A stretch of 64,000 nucleotides of DNA from Polyangiales bacterium (GCA_044229975.1 JBGARZ010000005.1:32001-96000), one strand, 5' to 3'. Counted from the stretch's first letter, positions 9,649-19,932 are shown. Numbers and translations are program-made. The notes: generated by a model not told the origin, from the letters alone.

Positions 9649-10389
9649 ATGAACTCCGTGCTGATTCTCGGCGCCACCTCTGCCATCGCCGCCGAGGCCG
9701 CCGTCCTCTACGCCCGCCGGGGCGACCGCTTGCACCTGGTCGGCCGCAACCCCGCCAAGCTCGCCGACGTCGCCCGCCGCTGCGAGGGGACCACCGTCAC
9801 CACGGCCGTCGCCGACTTCGCCGCGCTCGACGCCAACGAGGGGGTCGTCCGCGACGCCGTCTCCACCCTGGGTCGCCTCGACCGGGTGCTCATCGCGCAC
9901 GGCGACCTCGGCGATCAGCTCGCGAGCGAGCGCAGCTTCGACGACGCCGAGGCCATCCTGCGGGCCAACTTCACCAGCGCGGTGTCGCTGTTGGTTCCGA
10001 TTGCGAATGTGCTGGAGGGGCAACGGAGCGGGCGGTTGGGGGTCATCACGTCGGTCGCGGGCGACCGGGGGCGGCCGCGCAACTACACGTACGGGGCGGC
10101 CAAGGGGGCGCTGTCGATCTACCTCCAGGGGCTACGGACGCGGCTGTACCCGACGGGGGTCACGGTCACGACGCTGAAGCTCGGGCCGGTGGACTCGCCG
10201 ATGACGCGCGACCACGCGAAGCACCCGCTCTTCGGCAAGCCCGCGGCGGTGGCGCGGGGCATCGTCGCGGCCGTCGATCGTGGGGCGGCGGAGGCGTATG
10301 TGCCGGCGTTCTGGGGGGCGATCATGCCGCTGGTGAAGGCGACGCCGGAGCGGGTGTTTCAGTGGCTGCCGTTCTTGTCGGGGCGGTGA
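9649..10389 (+). CDS. SDR family oxidoreductase (DprE2-like subgroup)
   Basis: ILGATSAIA, TSVAGDRGR..NYTYGAAK (YxxxK), LGPVDSPMT. Confidence 0.85.
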   Translation: MNSVLILGATSAIAAEAAVLYARRGDRLHLVGRNPAKLADVARRCEGTTVTTAVADFAALDANEGVVRDAVSTLGRLDRVLIAHGDLGDQLASERSFDDAEAILRANFTSAVSLLVPIANVLEGQRSGRLGVITSVAGDRGRPRNYTYGAAKGALSIYLQGLRTRLYPTGVTVTTLKLGPVDSPMTRDHAKHPLFGKPAAVARGIVAAVDRGAAEAYVPAFWGAIMPLVKATPERVFQWLPFLSGR

Positions 10390-10449
10390 GTCGGAGGCCG
10401 AGCACCGAGAGACCTTGAGGCGGGGGTGGCGCTCATCTGCCGCGAGGGC

Positions 10450-10634
10450 GCCCCGGGACATCCCGGCGCGGGTACTCGTCCGACACGAACCCGCCCCGGG
10501 ACATCCCGGCGCGGGTACTCGTCCAACACGAACCCGCCCCGGAACGTCCCGGCGCGGGTACTCGTCCAACACGAACCCGCCCCGGAACGTCCCGGCGCGG
10601 GTACTCGCCCGACACACGGCAGCCCCAGGACACC
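10450..10634. repeat. 43-bp tandem repeat, 4 full copies plus a partial fifth, each with two hairpins
   Basis: Unit gccccgggacatcccggcgcgggtactcgtccgacacgaaccc starting at 10450, 10493, 10536, 10579 and (partial) 10622. Confidence 0.95.
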
Positions 10635-10753
10635 GTTTCTCGCCCTCGTGTCGAATTCGTCCTCGATCCCGCAACTCCGCCCGGTGGTCGTTCCGAAGAG
10701 AGCGCGTTCCAGGCACTGCGCATGGTGCGCCCCGCCCGGAACGGAGTTCTTCC

Positions 10754-11470
10754 ATGGATCAGTACATCGACAACAACGAGACCCAGACCTACGGCGACCG
10801 CTTCACCAGCAACCTCCGACTGATCTTCGGGGCCGACGCCCCGGAAGCCGTCCGCACCATCATGGTATGGTGCGCCGACCGGGTCGCCACCTCCACCCTC
10901 GCGATGCGCACCGCGATGGCCTCCAGCCGTGGGGCCCTCTCCGCGCGTAGCCACACCTCGGAGGAGAAGCTCGCCGCGGTCGTCACGGCGCGCCACGAGC
11001 TGCGATCCTTCGCGCTCCACCTCGCCGCATCCAGGTCCGACCAGCGCAACCCCTGGAACGGCGATCCCAACCTCTTCTTCCCTGGCGGCCGCTCCAGCAT
11101 CGGCGAGGGCGCTCGCAACGTGCGCGACGCCACCGCCATCGCCCGCAACGCCCTCGAAGGCGACCCCACGGTCCCTGCTCGCGCCGCGTGGTCCGATCGC
11201 CTCGACGCGCAGGTGGCGGCGCTCGACCCGTTGGTCGCTCGCGGCGACGAGGCGGAGCGCGCGGGCCGCACCACCCTCTCCGAACAGTCGTCGGAGAAGC
11301 GCGCGTGGCTCCGCACCTACCGCGGCGCGGCCCTCGTGCTGGAGGGATTGCTCCTCATGGTCGGTCGCGAGTCCGAGTACACCGCCGCGGTCCCCCACCT
11401 CACCGCGCCCAACACCCGCAAGCGGCGCGACGGCGTGCCCAACGCCCCCATCCCGACGCCCGTCGGCTGA
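10754..11470 (+). CDS. hypothetical, predicted all-alpha protein (238 aa)
   Basis: RBS ggag at 10743, ATG 10754 MDQYIDNNETQTYG...; host-like codon usage; basic/Pro-rich C-terminal tail. Confidence 0.75.
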   Translation: MDQYIDNNETQTYGDRFTSNLRLIFGADAPEAVRTIMVWCADRVATSTLAMRTAMASSRGALSARSHTSEEKLAAVVTARHELRSFALHLAASRSDQRNPWNGDPNLFFPGGRSSIGEGARNVRDATAIARNALEGDPTVPARAAWSDRLDAQVAALDPLVARGDEAERAGRTTLSEQSSEKRAWLRTYRGAALVLEGLLLMVGRESEYTAAVPHLTAPNTRKRRDGVPNAPIPTPVG

Positions 11471-11697
11471 TCGCTCCGTCCCCTCCGCGCGCTGCTGATC
11501 TCACGCGGCGCGCGGGTTGACCCTCCCCTCCCCCGCAGCGCTACGGTCCGTGCCCACGAAGACTGGCAGCCTCACGGTCGCTCCCCCTCGCTCACGCTCT
11601 GGGTCTGGCTCCGCGTTCTGGGACGTCGCGGTCGAACCGCGCGCGGACCAGACCCGACCGTCCCCCGCTCTAAGGTCGCGGGCGCGACGTGTGAACG

Positions 11698-12576
11698 TCA
11701 CCCATGGGGCTGCGCCGCCATGAGCCGCGCGATGCGCTCCTCCAGTGGAGGGTGCGACGCGAAGAGCCTGGCGATGTTGCCGCCGCGGATACCAAACGCC
11801 GTCATGCTCTCCGGGAGCTGCGTCTGCTCACCCGCGCGCCGCAGCGAATCGAGCGCGCCCGCCATGTCGCGGGGACTGGTGAGCGACGCCCCGCCCGCGT
11901 CGGCGCGAAACTCCCGGTAGCGGCTGAACCACGCGACGATGAGCGACGCGCCAAGCCCCAGCACGATCTGCGCGATGGTCACCGTGATGACGTACCCGAT
12001 GCCGCCGCGCGAGCGCTCGCGGTCGCCGCCCGAGAGGGCCGTGTCGACGACGGTTCCGATGACGCGCGAGAAGAAGATCACGAAGGTGTTGAGCACGCCC
12101 TGCACCAGCGTGAGGGTGACCATGTCCCCATTGGCGACGTGGGCCACCTCGTGGCCGAGCACCGCCGACACCTGCTCGGGGCGCATCGCGTTGAGCAGCC
12201 CCGTGCTCACGGCGACGAGGGCGCTGTTGCGGCTCCACCCGGTGGCGAAGGCGTTGGGGTCGGCCGAGTCGTAGATGCCCACCTCGGGCATCCCGATGCC
12301 CGCGCGGCTGGCGTGCGCCTGCACCGTCTGGACGAGCCACGCCTCGGACTGCGAGCGCGGCGCCTCGATGACGTGCACGCCCATCGACCACTTCGCGATG
12401 ATCTTGGAGAGCAGCAGCGACACGAAGGAGCCGCCGAAGCCGAAGACCGTCGCCATCACGAAGAGCCCGGCCCACTGCCCCTCCGGCAACACGCCCGCGA
12501 TCTCCAGGCCGAGGAACACCACACCCAGCAACAGCGAGACGGCGAGGTTGGTCGCGATGAGGATCAGAAGTCTCAT
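11698..12576 (-). CDS. htpX: zinc metalloprotease HtpX (M48)
   Basis: PNAFATG, VAVSTGLL, LGHEVAHVANGDMVT, FSRYREFRAD, FASHPPLEERI. Confidence 0.95.
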   Translation of the reverse strand: MRLLILIATNLAVSLLLGVVFLGLEIAGVLPEGQWAGLFVMATVFGFGGSFVSLLLSKIIAKWSMGVHVIEAPRSQSEAWLVQTVQAHASRAGIGMPEVGIYDSADPNAFATGWSRNSALVAVSTGLLNAMRPEQVSAVLGHEVAHVANGDMVTLTLVQGVLNTFVIFFSRVIGTVVDTALSGGDRERSRGGIGYVITVTIAQIVLGLGASLIVAWFSRYREFRADAGGASLTSPRDMAGALDSLRRAGEQTQLPESMTAFGIRGGNIARLFASHPPLEERIARLMAAQPHG

Positions 12577-12651
12577 GGTGGTTGTGCCGAGCGTGGCGAG
12601 GCCACGCCGATGAGTCAACCATCCGCTCCATCACGGGTATCCTCCCGCTCC

Positions 12652-14655
12652 ATGCGCCGCGCCCTGCTCCTCGCCCCGCTCGTCCTCGCCGCCTGCGACA
12701 CACCCGACGAGGCGACGCCGCCGGGCGTCGAGGGTCCGACCGTTCGCATGGACTTCACCCGCCAGGATGGATTCTTCCGCGCGCCCTTCCCGAGCGAAGA
12801 CCTCCGCACCACCACCGGCATCGACCTCTCGCGCTGGCCCAACCCCGCGCGCCAGCGGTACGTGCAGGCGCTCATCGACCTCGCCGCGGGCACCCGCGGG
12901 TTCGCCACCTCCGCGACCATCTACCTCCCGCTCTCCGACGAGCCCGACGCCGCCCAGCTCCCCTCCCCCGCGCAGAGCGTCCGCGGTGAGAGCCCCGTCT
13001 TCGTCTGGGACCTCGATCGCCACGAGCGCGCCCCCGTCACCGTCCGCTGGATGCCCGACGGCGGACCCTATGGCGCTGACAATCTCCTCACGCTCGTCCC
13101 GGTGCAGGGCATTCCGCTGCGCGCCAACACCCGCTACGCCGCCGTCGTCCTCCGCACGCTGCGCCTCGCCCGCGGCGGAACCTTCTCCACCGCCCGCGCC
13201 GTCACCGAGCTCGCCGCCGGTCGATCGGCCGGCCTCGCCGAGCTCCCCGCGACCGCCTACCGCTCCGCCCTCGCCGACCTCGCGCGCGCCAACCTCCACG
13301 CCGCCGACCTCGCCGGGCTCGCCGTCTTCCGCACCGGCGACCCCGTCACGGAGCTACGCACCTTCCTCGACGACGCCCGCGCCCGACCGCTCCCCACGCC
13401 GATGACGGCGCTCGCTCGCACCGACGTCTTCCCCACGTACTGCGTCTATCAGGCGACCATTCGTATGCCGTCGTACCAGCACGGCGTGCTCCCCTTCGGC
13501 TCGTCGGGTGGCGGATGGACCCTCGGGCCCGACGGTCGCCCGCTCTTCGCCCGCGACGAGGAGAGCCGCCTCGTCGTGAGCATCCCGCGTCGACGCGCCG
13601 CTGCGCCCGGAGCGCTGCCCGCCGTGCTCTTCGTTCGCACCGGCGGCGGCGGCGATCGACCCCACGTCGACCGCGGCATCCGCTCGATGCCCGGTGTGTC
13701 ACCCATGCAACCCGGGACGGGCCCCGCCATGGAGTTCGCCCGCGTCGGCTGGGCGGGTGTGTCGTGGGATGGGCCGCACGGCGGACCGCGCAACGTGTCC
13801 AACGGGGATGAGCAGTTCTTGATGTTCAATCCGGGCAATCCCCTCGCGCTGCGGGACAACGTCCGGCAGAGCGCCCTGGAGACCGCGCGCATGTACGACG
13901 TCGCGAGCGCGCTGCGCCTCGACGTGAGCGACTGCCCCGGCGCCTCCGCATCGGACGGCAGCACCACCGTGCAGATCAACCCGTCGGTGCTCATGGGCCA
14001 CTCCATGGGCGCCACCATCGCGCCGCTCGCGCTCGCCGTGGAGCCGCGGTTTCGCGCGGCGATCCTGTCGGGCGCGGGCGGGAGCTACATCGCCAACGTG
14101 ATCCACAAGCTGCGCCCGCTGGCCGTGGCGCCGCTGGGCATCGTGCTCGTCGGCTACTCCGGGTCGGGGCGACGCTTTCGCGAGGACGACCCGGCGCTCG
14201 CGCTGTTGCAGTGGTCGGTCGAGTCGTCCGACCCGCAGGTGTACGGGCGCCACATCATCGACGAACCGCTCTTGGGTGACCCGCGGAGCGTGTTCGTGAT
14301 CCAGGGCATCACGGACCACTACATCCTGCCGCCCATCGCCAACGCGGTGACGCTCTCCATGGGCCTCGACCTCGCGGGCGAAGCGCTCGACCAGAGCAAC
14401 GACGAGCTGCGGGCGTTTACGTCCTTCGTCGACCTGATGCCGCTGCGCAACGGGATGCGACGGATGTTTCCGGTGTCGGCCAACCGCAACGGGGTGCTCG
14501 CCGCGGTGGCGCAGCTCCCCGGCGACATGCTGGAAGACGGACACGAAGCGGCCTTCCAGACCGAGGAGCCCAAGCGGCTCTATCGGTGTCTGTTGCGGTC
14601 CATCGCGGGGGGTCGGCCCGAGCTGCCCGGGCCGGGAGTGGAGTGCGGGGAGTAG
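12652..14655 (+). CDS. lipoprotein with N-terminal Ig-like region and alpha/beta-hydrolase domain
   Basis: Lipobox LAAC after ATG 12652; PFPSEDL; nucleophile elbow GHSMG; C-terminal DGH. Confidence 0.75.
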   Translation: MRRALLLAPLVLAACDTPDEATPPGVEGPTVRMDFTRQDGFFRAPFPSEDLRTTTGIDLSRWPNPARQRYVQALIDLAAGTRGFATSATIYLPLSDEPDAAQLPSPAQSVRGESPVFVWDLDRHERAPVTVRWMPDGGPYGADNLLTLVPVQGIPLRANTRYAAVVLRTLRLARGGTFSTARAVTELAAGRSAGLAELPATAYRSALADLARANLHAADLAGLAVFRTGDPVTELRTFLDDARARPLPTPMTALARTDVFPTYCVYQATIRMPSYQHGVLPFGSSGGGWTLGPDGRPLFARDEESRLVVSIPRRRAAAPGALPAVLFVRTGGGGDRPHVDRGIRSMPGVSPMQPGTGPAMEFARVGWAGVSWDGPHGGPRNVSNGDEQFLMFNPGNPLALRDNVRQSALETARMYDVASALRLDVSDCPGASASDGSTTVQINPSVLMGHSMGATIAPLALAVEPRFRAAILSGAGGSYIANVIHKLRPLAVAPLGIVLVGYSGSGRRFREDDPALALLQWSVESSDPQVYGRHIIDEPLLGDPRSVFVIQGITDHYILPPIANAVTLSMGLDLAGEALDQSNDELRAFTSFVDLMPLRNGMRRMFPVSANRNGVLAAVAQLPGDMLEDGHEAAFQTEEPKRLYRCLLRSIAGGRPELPGPGVECGE

Positions 14656-14665
14656 GCGGGAGGAG

Positions 14666-17600
14666 CTATCGGTCGCAGGTCGTGATGTTGGTGAAGCTGA
14701 ACCAGTAGATCGGGTGCAGCGCCCCCATGCCGTAGACGCCGTCGACGGCGACCTGTGAGGTGGACTGCGGGAAGGACGAGTAGTCCACCCAGCGGCCGTT
14801 GTTGTTCACGTCGGAGAGGATGCGGTACGTCGCGCCCGCCGTGATGCTCCAGCTGGGAGTGAACACGAACGACGGCGCGCCCGCGGGCACCGCCACCGTC
14901 GCGAGCGTGGTGCCCGCGCCGTCAGTCAGCCGGATGGTGTCGGCCTGGCCCTGGTTCTGGAAGCGCACCGACGTGATGGTCGCGTTGCGCAGCGCGCGGA
15001 ACTGCATCCCCGACGTCGGCCACCCGTTGATGTTGTTGGTCAGCGTGGGACCGGCCACGGCGCCGCAGACGCCGACGCACGTCCCGGCCGTGCAGGTGAG
15101 GCCCGCGCCGCACGCGCCGCCGCAACGACCGCAGTTGGCCGTCGAGGTGCGGAGGTCGACCTCGCACCCGTTGGCCGGGTTGCCGTCGCAGTCGCCGAAG
15201 TTGGAGTCGCAGGTGAAGCCGCACACGCTGCCCGCGCAGGTGGCGGTCGCGTTGGCCCGCGGCGGGCACGCGTTTCCGCACGCCCCGCAGTGGCTCACGC
15301 TCGACGTCAGCGCCGTCTCACACCCGTCGGCGCGCGAGGCGTTGCAGTCCCCGAAGCCCGAAGCGCACACGAACCCGCAGGTGCTCATCGCGCACGCCGC
15401 GCGCGCGTTGGTCGCCGCCGGGCACACGGTGCCGCAGGCCCCGCAGTTCGTCGGATCGACCGCCGTGCTCGTGCAGGCGAGCCCGCACGCGGTCAGCCCC
15501 GCGCCGCAGCTCACCTGGCAGGAGCTCGCCGAGCACACCTGGCCCGACGGGCAGGTCACGCCGCAGGCGCTGCAGTTGAGCCGATCGTTGGTCAGGTCGA
15601 CGCAGCGACCGCCGCACACCGTCTGCCCCGACGGGCACACCAGGGTGCACACGCCGGACGTGCAGACCTGACCGGCCACGCACGCCGTCCCGCACGCGCC
15701 GCAGTTGGCCCGGTCGGTCTGGAGGTCGCGGCACACGCCCGAGCACGCGATGAGGCCCGTGGAGCACGACAACACGCAGGTGCCGCCGGTGCAGACCTGA
15801 CCCGCGGCGCACGCCATCCCGCACGCGCCGCAGTGGGCCCGGTCGGTCTGGAGGTCGCGGCACACGCCCGAGCACGCGTTGAGGCCCGCGGCGCAGCTCA
15901 CCACGCAGGCTCCGCCCACGCACACCTGGCCGCTCGCGCACGCCATCCCGCACGCGCCGCAGTGGGCCCGGTCGGTCTGGAGGTCGCGGCACGACCCGGT
16001 GCAGTTGGTGAGCGATCCGCCGCACGACACGGTGCAGGCGCCCGCGGTGCAGAGCTCGCCCGCCGCGCACGCGCGGCCGCACATCCCACAGTTGGTCGGG
16101 TCGGTCTGGAGGTTGCGGCAGATGCCGCTGCAGTTGGTGCCGGGCGTTCCGCACGACACGATGCAGGCCCCGGCCGAGCACACCTGACCAGCGGCGCAGG
16201 TCACCCCGCACGCGCCGCAGTTGGCGCGGTCGGTCTGGAGGTCGCGGCACGACCCGGTGCAGTTGGTCTGCGACGCCGGGCACGACACCTCGCATCGGCC
16301 CGCGGTGCACACCTGGCCCGCCGCGCACGCCATCGCGCAGCCGCCACAGTTGGCGCGGTCGGTCTGGAGGTCACGGCACACGCCGCTGCACGCGGTGAGC
16401 GCGCCGTCGCACGAGATCACGCACACGCCCGCGGCGCACACCTGGCCCGCCGCGCACAGGATCCCGCACGCGCCGCAGTTGCCACGGTCGGTCTGGAGGT
16501 CGCGGCAGGTCGTGCCGCAGGTGGTGAGCCCCGTCGGGCACGAGACCACGCACGCGCCGTTGGTGCACACCTGACCCGCCGAGCAGGTCGTTCCGCACCC
16601 GCCGCAGTTGGCCCGGTCGGTCTGGAGGTCGCGGCACGAGCCCGCGCACTCGGTGAGGCCCGCCACGCACGACGTCACGCACGCCGAGCCGGAGCACACC
16701 TGACCCGCGGCGCACGCCATGCCGCAACCGCCACAGTGGGCGCGGTCGCTGGTGAGGTCACGGCACGAGCCGCCGCAATCCGTGAGGCCCGCCACGCACG
16801 ACGTGACGCACATGCCCGCCGAGCACACCTGGCCCGCCGCGCAGACGCGCCCGCACATCCCGCAGTGCGCGCGGTCGCTCTCCAGCTCGCGGCACGAACC
16901 GCCGCAGTTGGACTGACCCGCCGGGCACGACGTCACGCACATCGCGCCCGAGCACACCTGGCCCGCCGCGCACGCCGTCCCGCAAGCGCCGCAGTTGGCG
17001 TTGTCGCTCTGGAGGTCGCGGCACGACCCCGAGCAGCTCGTCTGACCGACCACGCACGACGTCACGCAGGCGCCCGCCGAGCACACCTGGCCGGTCGCGC
17101 AGGCGGTGCCGCAGGTGCCGCAGCTCGCGCGGTCGCTCTGGAGGTCACGGCACGCGCCCGAGCAGGCCGTCTGCCCCACCGGGCAAGAGGTCTGGCAAGC
17201 GCCCATCACGCAGGCTTCGCCGGGCATGCACGCGACGCCGCAGCCGCCGCAGTGGAGCCGGTCGGTCTGCGTGTCACGGCACGCGCCCGAGCAGTCGACC
17301 TGACCCGTGGGGCACGAGGTCACGCACGCCCCCGCGGAGCACGCCTGACCGGCGGCGCAGGTGGTCCCGCAGGCGCCGCAGTTGGCGCGGTCGGCCTGGA
17401 GGTCGGCGCACACGCCCACGCCCCCGTCGGCGGTCGCGCCGCACACGGTGAAGCCCGGCAGGCAGCTCACCACGCAGCGGCCCGCCTCGCAGGCGCGCCC
17501 GGCGCCGCAGGCGTTGTTGCACGCGCCGCAGTTGACCGGATCGCTGGAGAGCATCGCGCAGCGGCGCACACCACCGGCGCTGGTGCAGGTCTCCAGGCCC

Positions 17601-18043
17601 GTCTGGCAGTTGGAGGCGCAGGCACCGTTGGAGCACACCTCACCGGGGCCGCAGCGACGGCCGCACGCGCCGCAGTGGTTGCCGTCGGTCTGGAGCAGCA
17701 CGCACACCTGCGCGCCGCCATCGCCTTCGAGCGCGCACGCCTGCTGCGCCGACGGGCAGGCGGTCTGGCACTGACCAGCGACGCAGCGGTCGCTCCCGGT
17801 GCAGCGGCGGCCGCACGCGCCGCAATTGTTGTCGTCGGTCGCGGACGTCACGCAGCGGCCGTCACAAAGGAGCTGGCCCGCCCCGCACGTGAGGCCCTGG
17901 TCGACGGCGATGTCTACTGTCACGTCCTCCCCCGCGTCATTGCCGCTGACCACGGAGTTGGACGAGGTACAGCCTGTCGCCCACAGCGCCGCCATCATCG
18001 CGGCGGCGATCAATCGATATCTTGCTGGTTGTTGCATGGACAC
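14666..18043 (-). CDS. Cys-rich repeat lipoprotein (MXAN_6577/Stig1-like repeats) with C-terminal beta domain
   Basis: Lipobox ATGC; about 21 copies of a ~43-aa C..L.TD..NCGACG..C..GQVC..G.C unit. Confidence 0.85.
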   Translation of the reverse strand: MSMQQPARYRLIAAAMMAALWATGCTSSNSVVSGNDAGEDVTVDIAVDQGLTCGAGQLLCDGRCVTSATDDNNCGACGRRCTGSDRCVAGQCQTACPSAQQACALEGDGGAQVCVLLQTDGNHCGACGRRCGPGEVCSNGACASNCQTGLETCTSAGGVRRCAMLSSDPVNCGACNNACGAGRACEAGRCVVSCLPGFTVCGATADGGVGVCADLQADRANCGACGTTCAAGQACSAGACVTSCPTGQVDCSGACRDTQTDRLHCGGCGVACMPGEACVMGACQTSCPVGQTACSGACRDLQSDRASCGTCGTACATGQVCSAGACVTSCVVGQTSCSGSCRDLQSDNANCGACGTACAAGQVCSGAMCVTSCPAGQSNCGGSCRELESDRAHCGMCGRVCAAGQVCSAGMCVTSCVAGLTDCGGSCRDLTSDRAHCGGCGMACAAGQVCSGSACVTSCVAGLTECAGSCRDLQTDRANCGGCGTTCSAGQVCTNGACVVSCPTGLTTCGTTCRDLQTDRGNCGACGILCAAGQVCAAGVCVISCDGALTACSGVCRDLQTDRANCGGCAMACAAGQVCTAGRCEVSCPASQTNCTGSCRDLQTDRANCGACGVTCAAGQVCSAGACIVSCGTPGTNCSGICRNLQTDPTNCGMCGRACAAGELCTAGACTVSCGGSLTNCTGSCRDLQTDRAHCGACGMACASGQVCVGGACVVSCAAGLNACSGVCRDLQTDRAHCGACGMACAAGQVCTGGTCVLSCSTGLIACSGVCRDLQTDRANCGACGTACVAGQVCTSGVCTLVCPSGQTVCGGRCVDLTNDRLNCSACGVTCPSGQVCSASSCQVSCGAGLTACGLACTSTAVDPTNCGACGTVCPAATNARAACAMSTCGFVCASGFGDCNASRADGCETALTSSVSHCGACGNACPPRANATATCAGSVCGFTCDSNFGDCDGNPANGCEVDLRTSTANCGRCGGACGAGLTCTAGTCVGVCGAVAGPTLTNNINGWPTSGMQFRALRNATITSVRFQNQGQADTIRLTDGAGTTLATVAVPAGAPSFVFTPSWSITAGATYRILSDVNNNGRWVDYSSFPQSTSQVAVDGVYGMGALHPIYWFSFTNITTCDR

Positions 18044-18129
18044 TCCCGTCGGCCGCGAGCTGCAGCCGACGACGAACGTATCGCAACTCGGACCCAGGGC
18101 CCCTGACGGTTTGAAGCGACGTCCTCGCG

Positions 18130-18702
18130 CTACCGCCCCGCGTTGGCCTCGCCGGGCGTCGGTCGGTTGACCGCGAACTCACCCGTCCCATCGGGCAGCC
18201 GCCCCCACGAGCTCCCCTCCGGCGCCGCGTTGGGCGGGTACATCGCGCTCGTCGACACGACGTGGTCGCGCCCGATGAGGAAGAGCCCCTCGCCTCTCGC
18301 CGCGCTGATGCCGAAGCGCGCGTGGTAGCAGGTCATCGGGCCGTCCACGCCGAGGCAGGTCATCTGCGCGCCGACGCCCGCGTCGCTCACGTCCGCGAGC
18401 ACCAGCAGGCGCTGCCCCGGCGCGAGCCACGTCGCGGCCGGAAACTCCACGCCCTCCTCGACGCGCGGAACGTTGCCGTTGGTGTCGGTGTCCGCGAGCA
18501 CCATGCCGCCGAGGTCGACGGGGCCTTCGCCGACGTTCATCAGCTCGACCCAGTCGTCGGTCGTGGCGCGCAGCTCGTTGATGACCACGCGCCCGACGGG
18601 GACGTCACCCATCGCCACGTCGCGCGCCACTCCTGCGTCGGAGGTCGCGGCGCCACCCGAACACCCCGCCACCACCACCAGACTCCAGCACACCCATCGC
18701 AT
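18130..18702 (-). CDS. lamin tail domain (LTD) lipoprotein
   Basis: Lipobox VAGC; VVINEL..DDWVELMN, SWGRLPDG...PTPGEAN. Confidence 0.8.
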   Translation of the reverse strand: MRWVCWSLVVVAGCSGGAATSDAGVARDVAMGDVPVGRVVINELRATTDDWVELMNVGEGPVDLGGMVLADTDTNGNVPRVEEGVEFPAATWLAPGQRLLVLADVSDAGVGAQMTCLGVDGPMTCYHARFGISAARGEGLFLIGRDHVVSTSAMYPPNAAPEGSSWGRLPDGTGEFAVNRPTPGEANAGR

Positions 18703-18719
18703 CGTCGGACCTCGTCCCC

Positions 18720-19784
18720 TCAATACACGCCGCGCGTCACGAGCCTGAACTCCCATTGATCGGTCCCCGGCTGCAACGCGTCGGCGGTGGCCCCGGCGAA
18801 CTGTCGGCTGACCGCGGCGAAGACCTCCAGCGGGTCGAGCACGCGGTACCCGACGGTGCCGAGGATGGTCGTCACGTGGTTGTCGTCGGCGCGGTGATCG
18901 CGCTGCCACCACGAGACGCGCAGACCCGTGAGCAGGCGCTCGACGGGCTCCACCCGCGCGAAGGCTTCGAGCACGTACGAGCGCTGCCCCGCGTCGGCGC
19001 CGACGCCCCACGCGATGGTTCCGGTGACGCCCGCGCGCACGGCGTCGCCCTGCCAGAGAACAGCCCCGGTGAAGCGATCGGCGCGCGTTGCGAGGGCGCC
19101 CGTCGAGCCGATCGTGTACGACGCGAGCACCGCCAGCGGCTGCATCGGACGCCACGGGACGGGGTGCACCGAGGCGGCGACCTCGACGTTCTTGCCGCGG
19201 TTGAGCTCGCGGTTGTTGTAGCCGTCGCCGTTGTACGCGCCGACGCCCACCCACCCGAAGGTGCGCGGCAGGTCGAAGCGAACCGTCGCGCCGAGGTCGG
19301 CGGGCGAACCGAGGGTCGTCTGCTCCAGCGGGGTTGGGGCCACCGCGCGCAGCCGCCAGGTGCCCTCGATCTCGGGGACGGTGAGCGTCGGGACCACGCC
19401 CGCCTGGATGCGGAGCGAGCGGCCGTTCCAGCCGACGTAGGCTTCGCGCACGCGGAAGACGAAGCTGTCGCCGTCGATGCCCATGAGCGACCCGTCGGCG
19501 GCCGAGCGAACGGCTTCGAGCACCACGCGGGCACGAGCCTCGCGGTACTCGCCCGTGAGCGCGGCGTGGACGCGCGGGAGGTCGAAGCGGTGTGACCAGT
19601 CATTGCCCAGGAGGGCAGTGTCGGTGACGCGCGCGGCGTACTGGGCGAACACCTCGACGCCGGGACGAACCACGAGCCCGGTGTTGCCCGCCGCGGTGGG
19701 CGGCGCGGCGGCGGGCTGCGCAGCGGCGGCGGCGCTCGCGAGGAGCGTCACCAGAAACGCGCACGGTCGATGGGGGCAACGCAT
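18720..19784 (-). CDS. putative outer-membrane beta-barrel/porin
   Basis: Signal-like N-terminus, FRVREAYVGW, ADLG, GAYNGDGY, alternating beta-strand pattern, C-terminal aromatic residue; start uncertain. Confidence 0.65.
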   Translation of the reverse strand: MRCPHRPCAFLVTLLASAAAAAQPAAAPPTAAGNTGLVVRPGVEVFAQYAARVTDTALLGNDWSHRFDLPRVHAALTGEYREARARVVLEAVRSAADGSLMGIDGDSFVFRVREAYVGWNGRSLRIQAGVVPTLTVPEIEGTWRLRAVAPTPLEQTTLGSPADLGATVRFDLPRTFGWVGVGAYNGDGYNNRELNRGKNVEVAASVHPVPWRPMQPLAVLASYTIGSTGALATRADRFTGAVLWQGDAVRAGVTGTIAWGVGADAGQRSYVLEAFARVEPVERLLTGLRVSWWQRDHRADDNHVTTILGTVGYRVLDPLEVFAAVSRQFAGATADALQPGTDQWEFRLVTRGVY

Positions 19785-19839
19785 GGTGGCGCGCATCATC
19801 GCGGCGGAGCGGGTGCGGCACCAGTGCGGGGCGGGCGAG

Positions 19840-19866
19840 GCACTGTATGCACGCGCGATACAGTGC
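19840..19866. promoter_or_regulatory. perfect inverted repeat (putative operator) between divergent genes
   Basis: gcactgtat-N9-atacagtgc. Confidence 0.45.
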
Positions 19867-19932
19867 TGCATCGGAGAGATCGATTCCCCATCCAGTGGGG
19901 ACGGAGCATGGTGGGGCTCACACGGAGACCCA

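Noticed and set aside
10450..10634. CRISPR array
   Set aside because: Repeats are head-to-tail with no unique spacers, and there are no cas genes in the window
11704..12651. N-terminal extensions of ORF-track calls (11704 start, also 26877..29447, 30579, 35250, 45091..46773)
   Set aside because: They overlap neighbouring real genes; downstream starts with signal peptides or translational coupling fit better
19843..19863. LexA/SOS box
   Set aside because: CTGT...ACAG spacing is 13 nt rather than 8, and the adjacent genes are not repair genes
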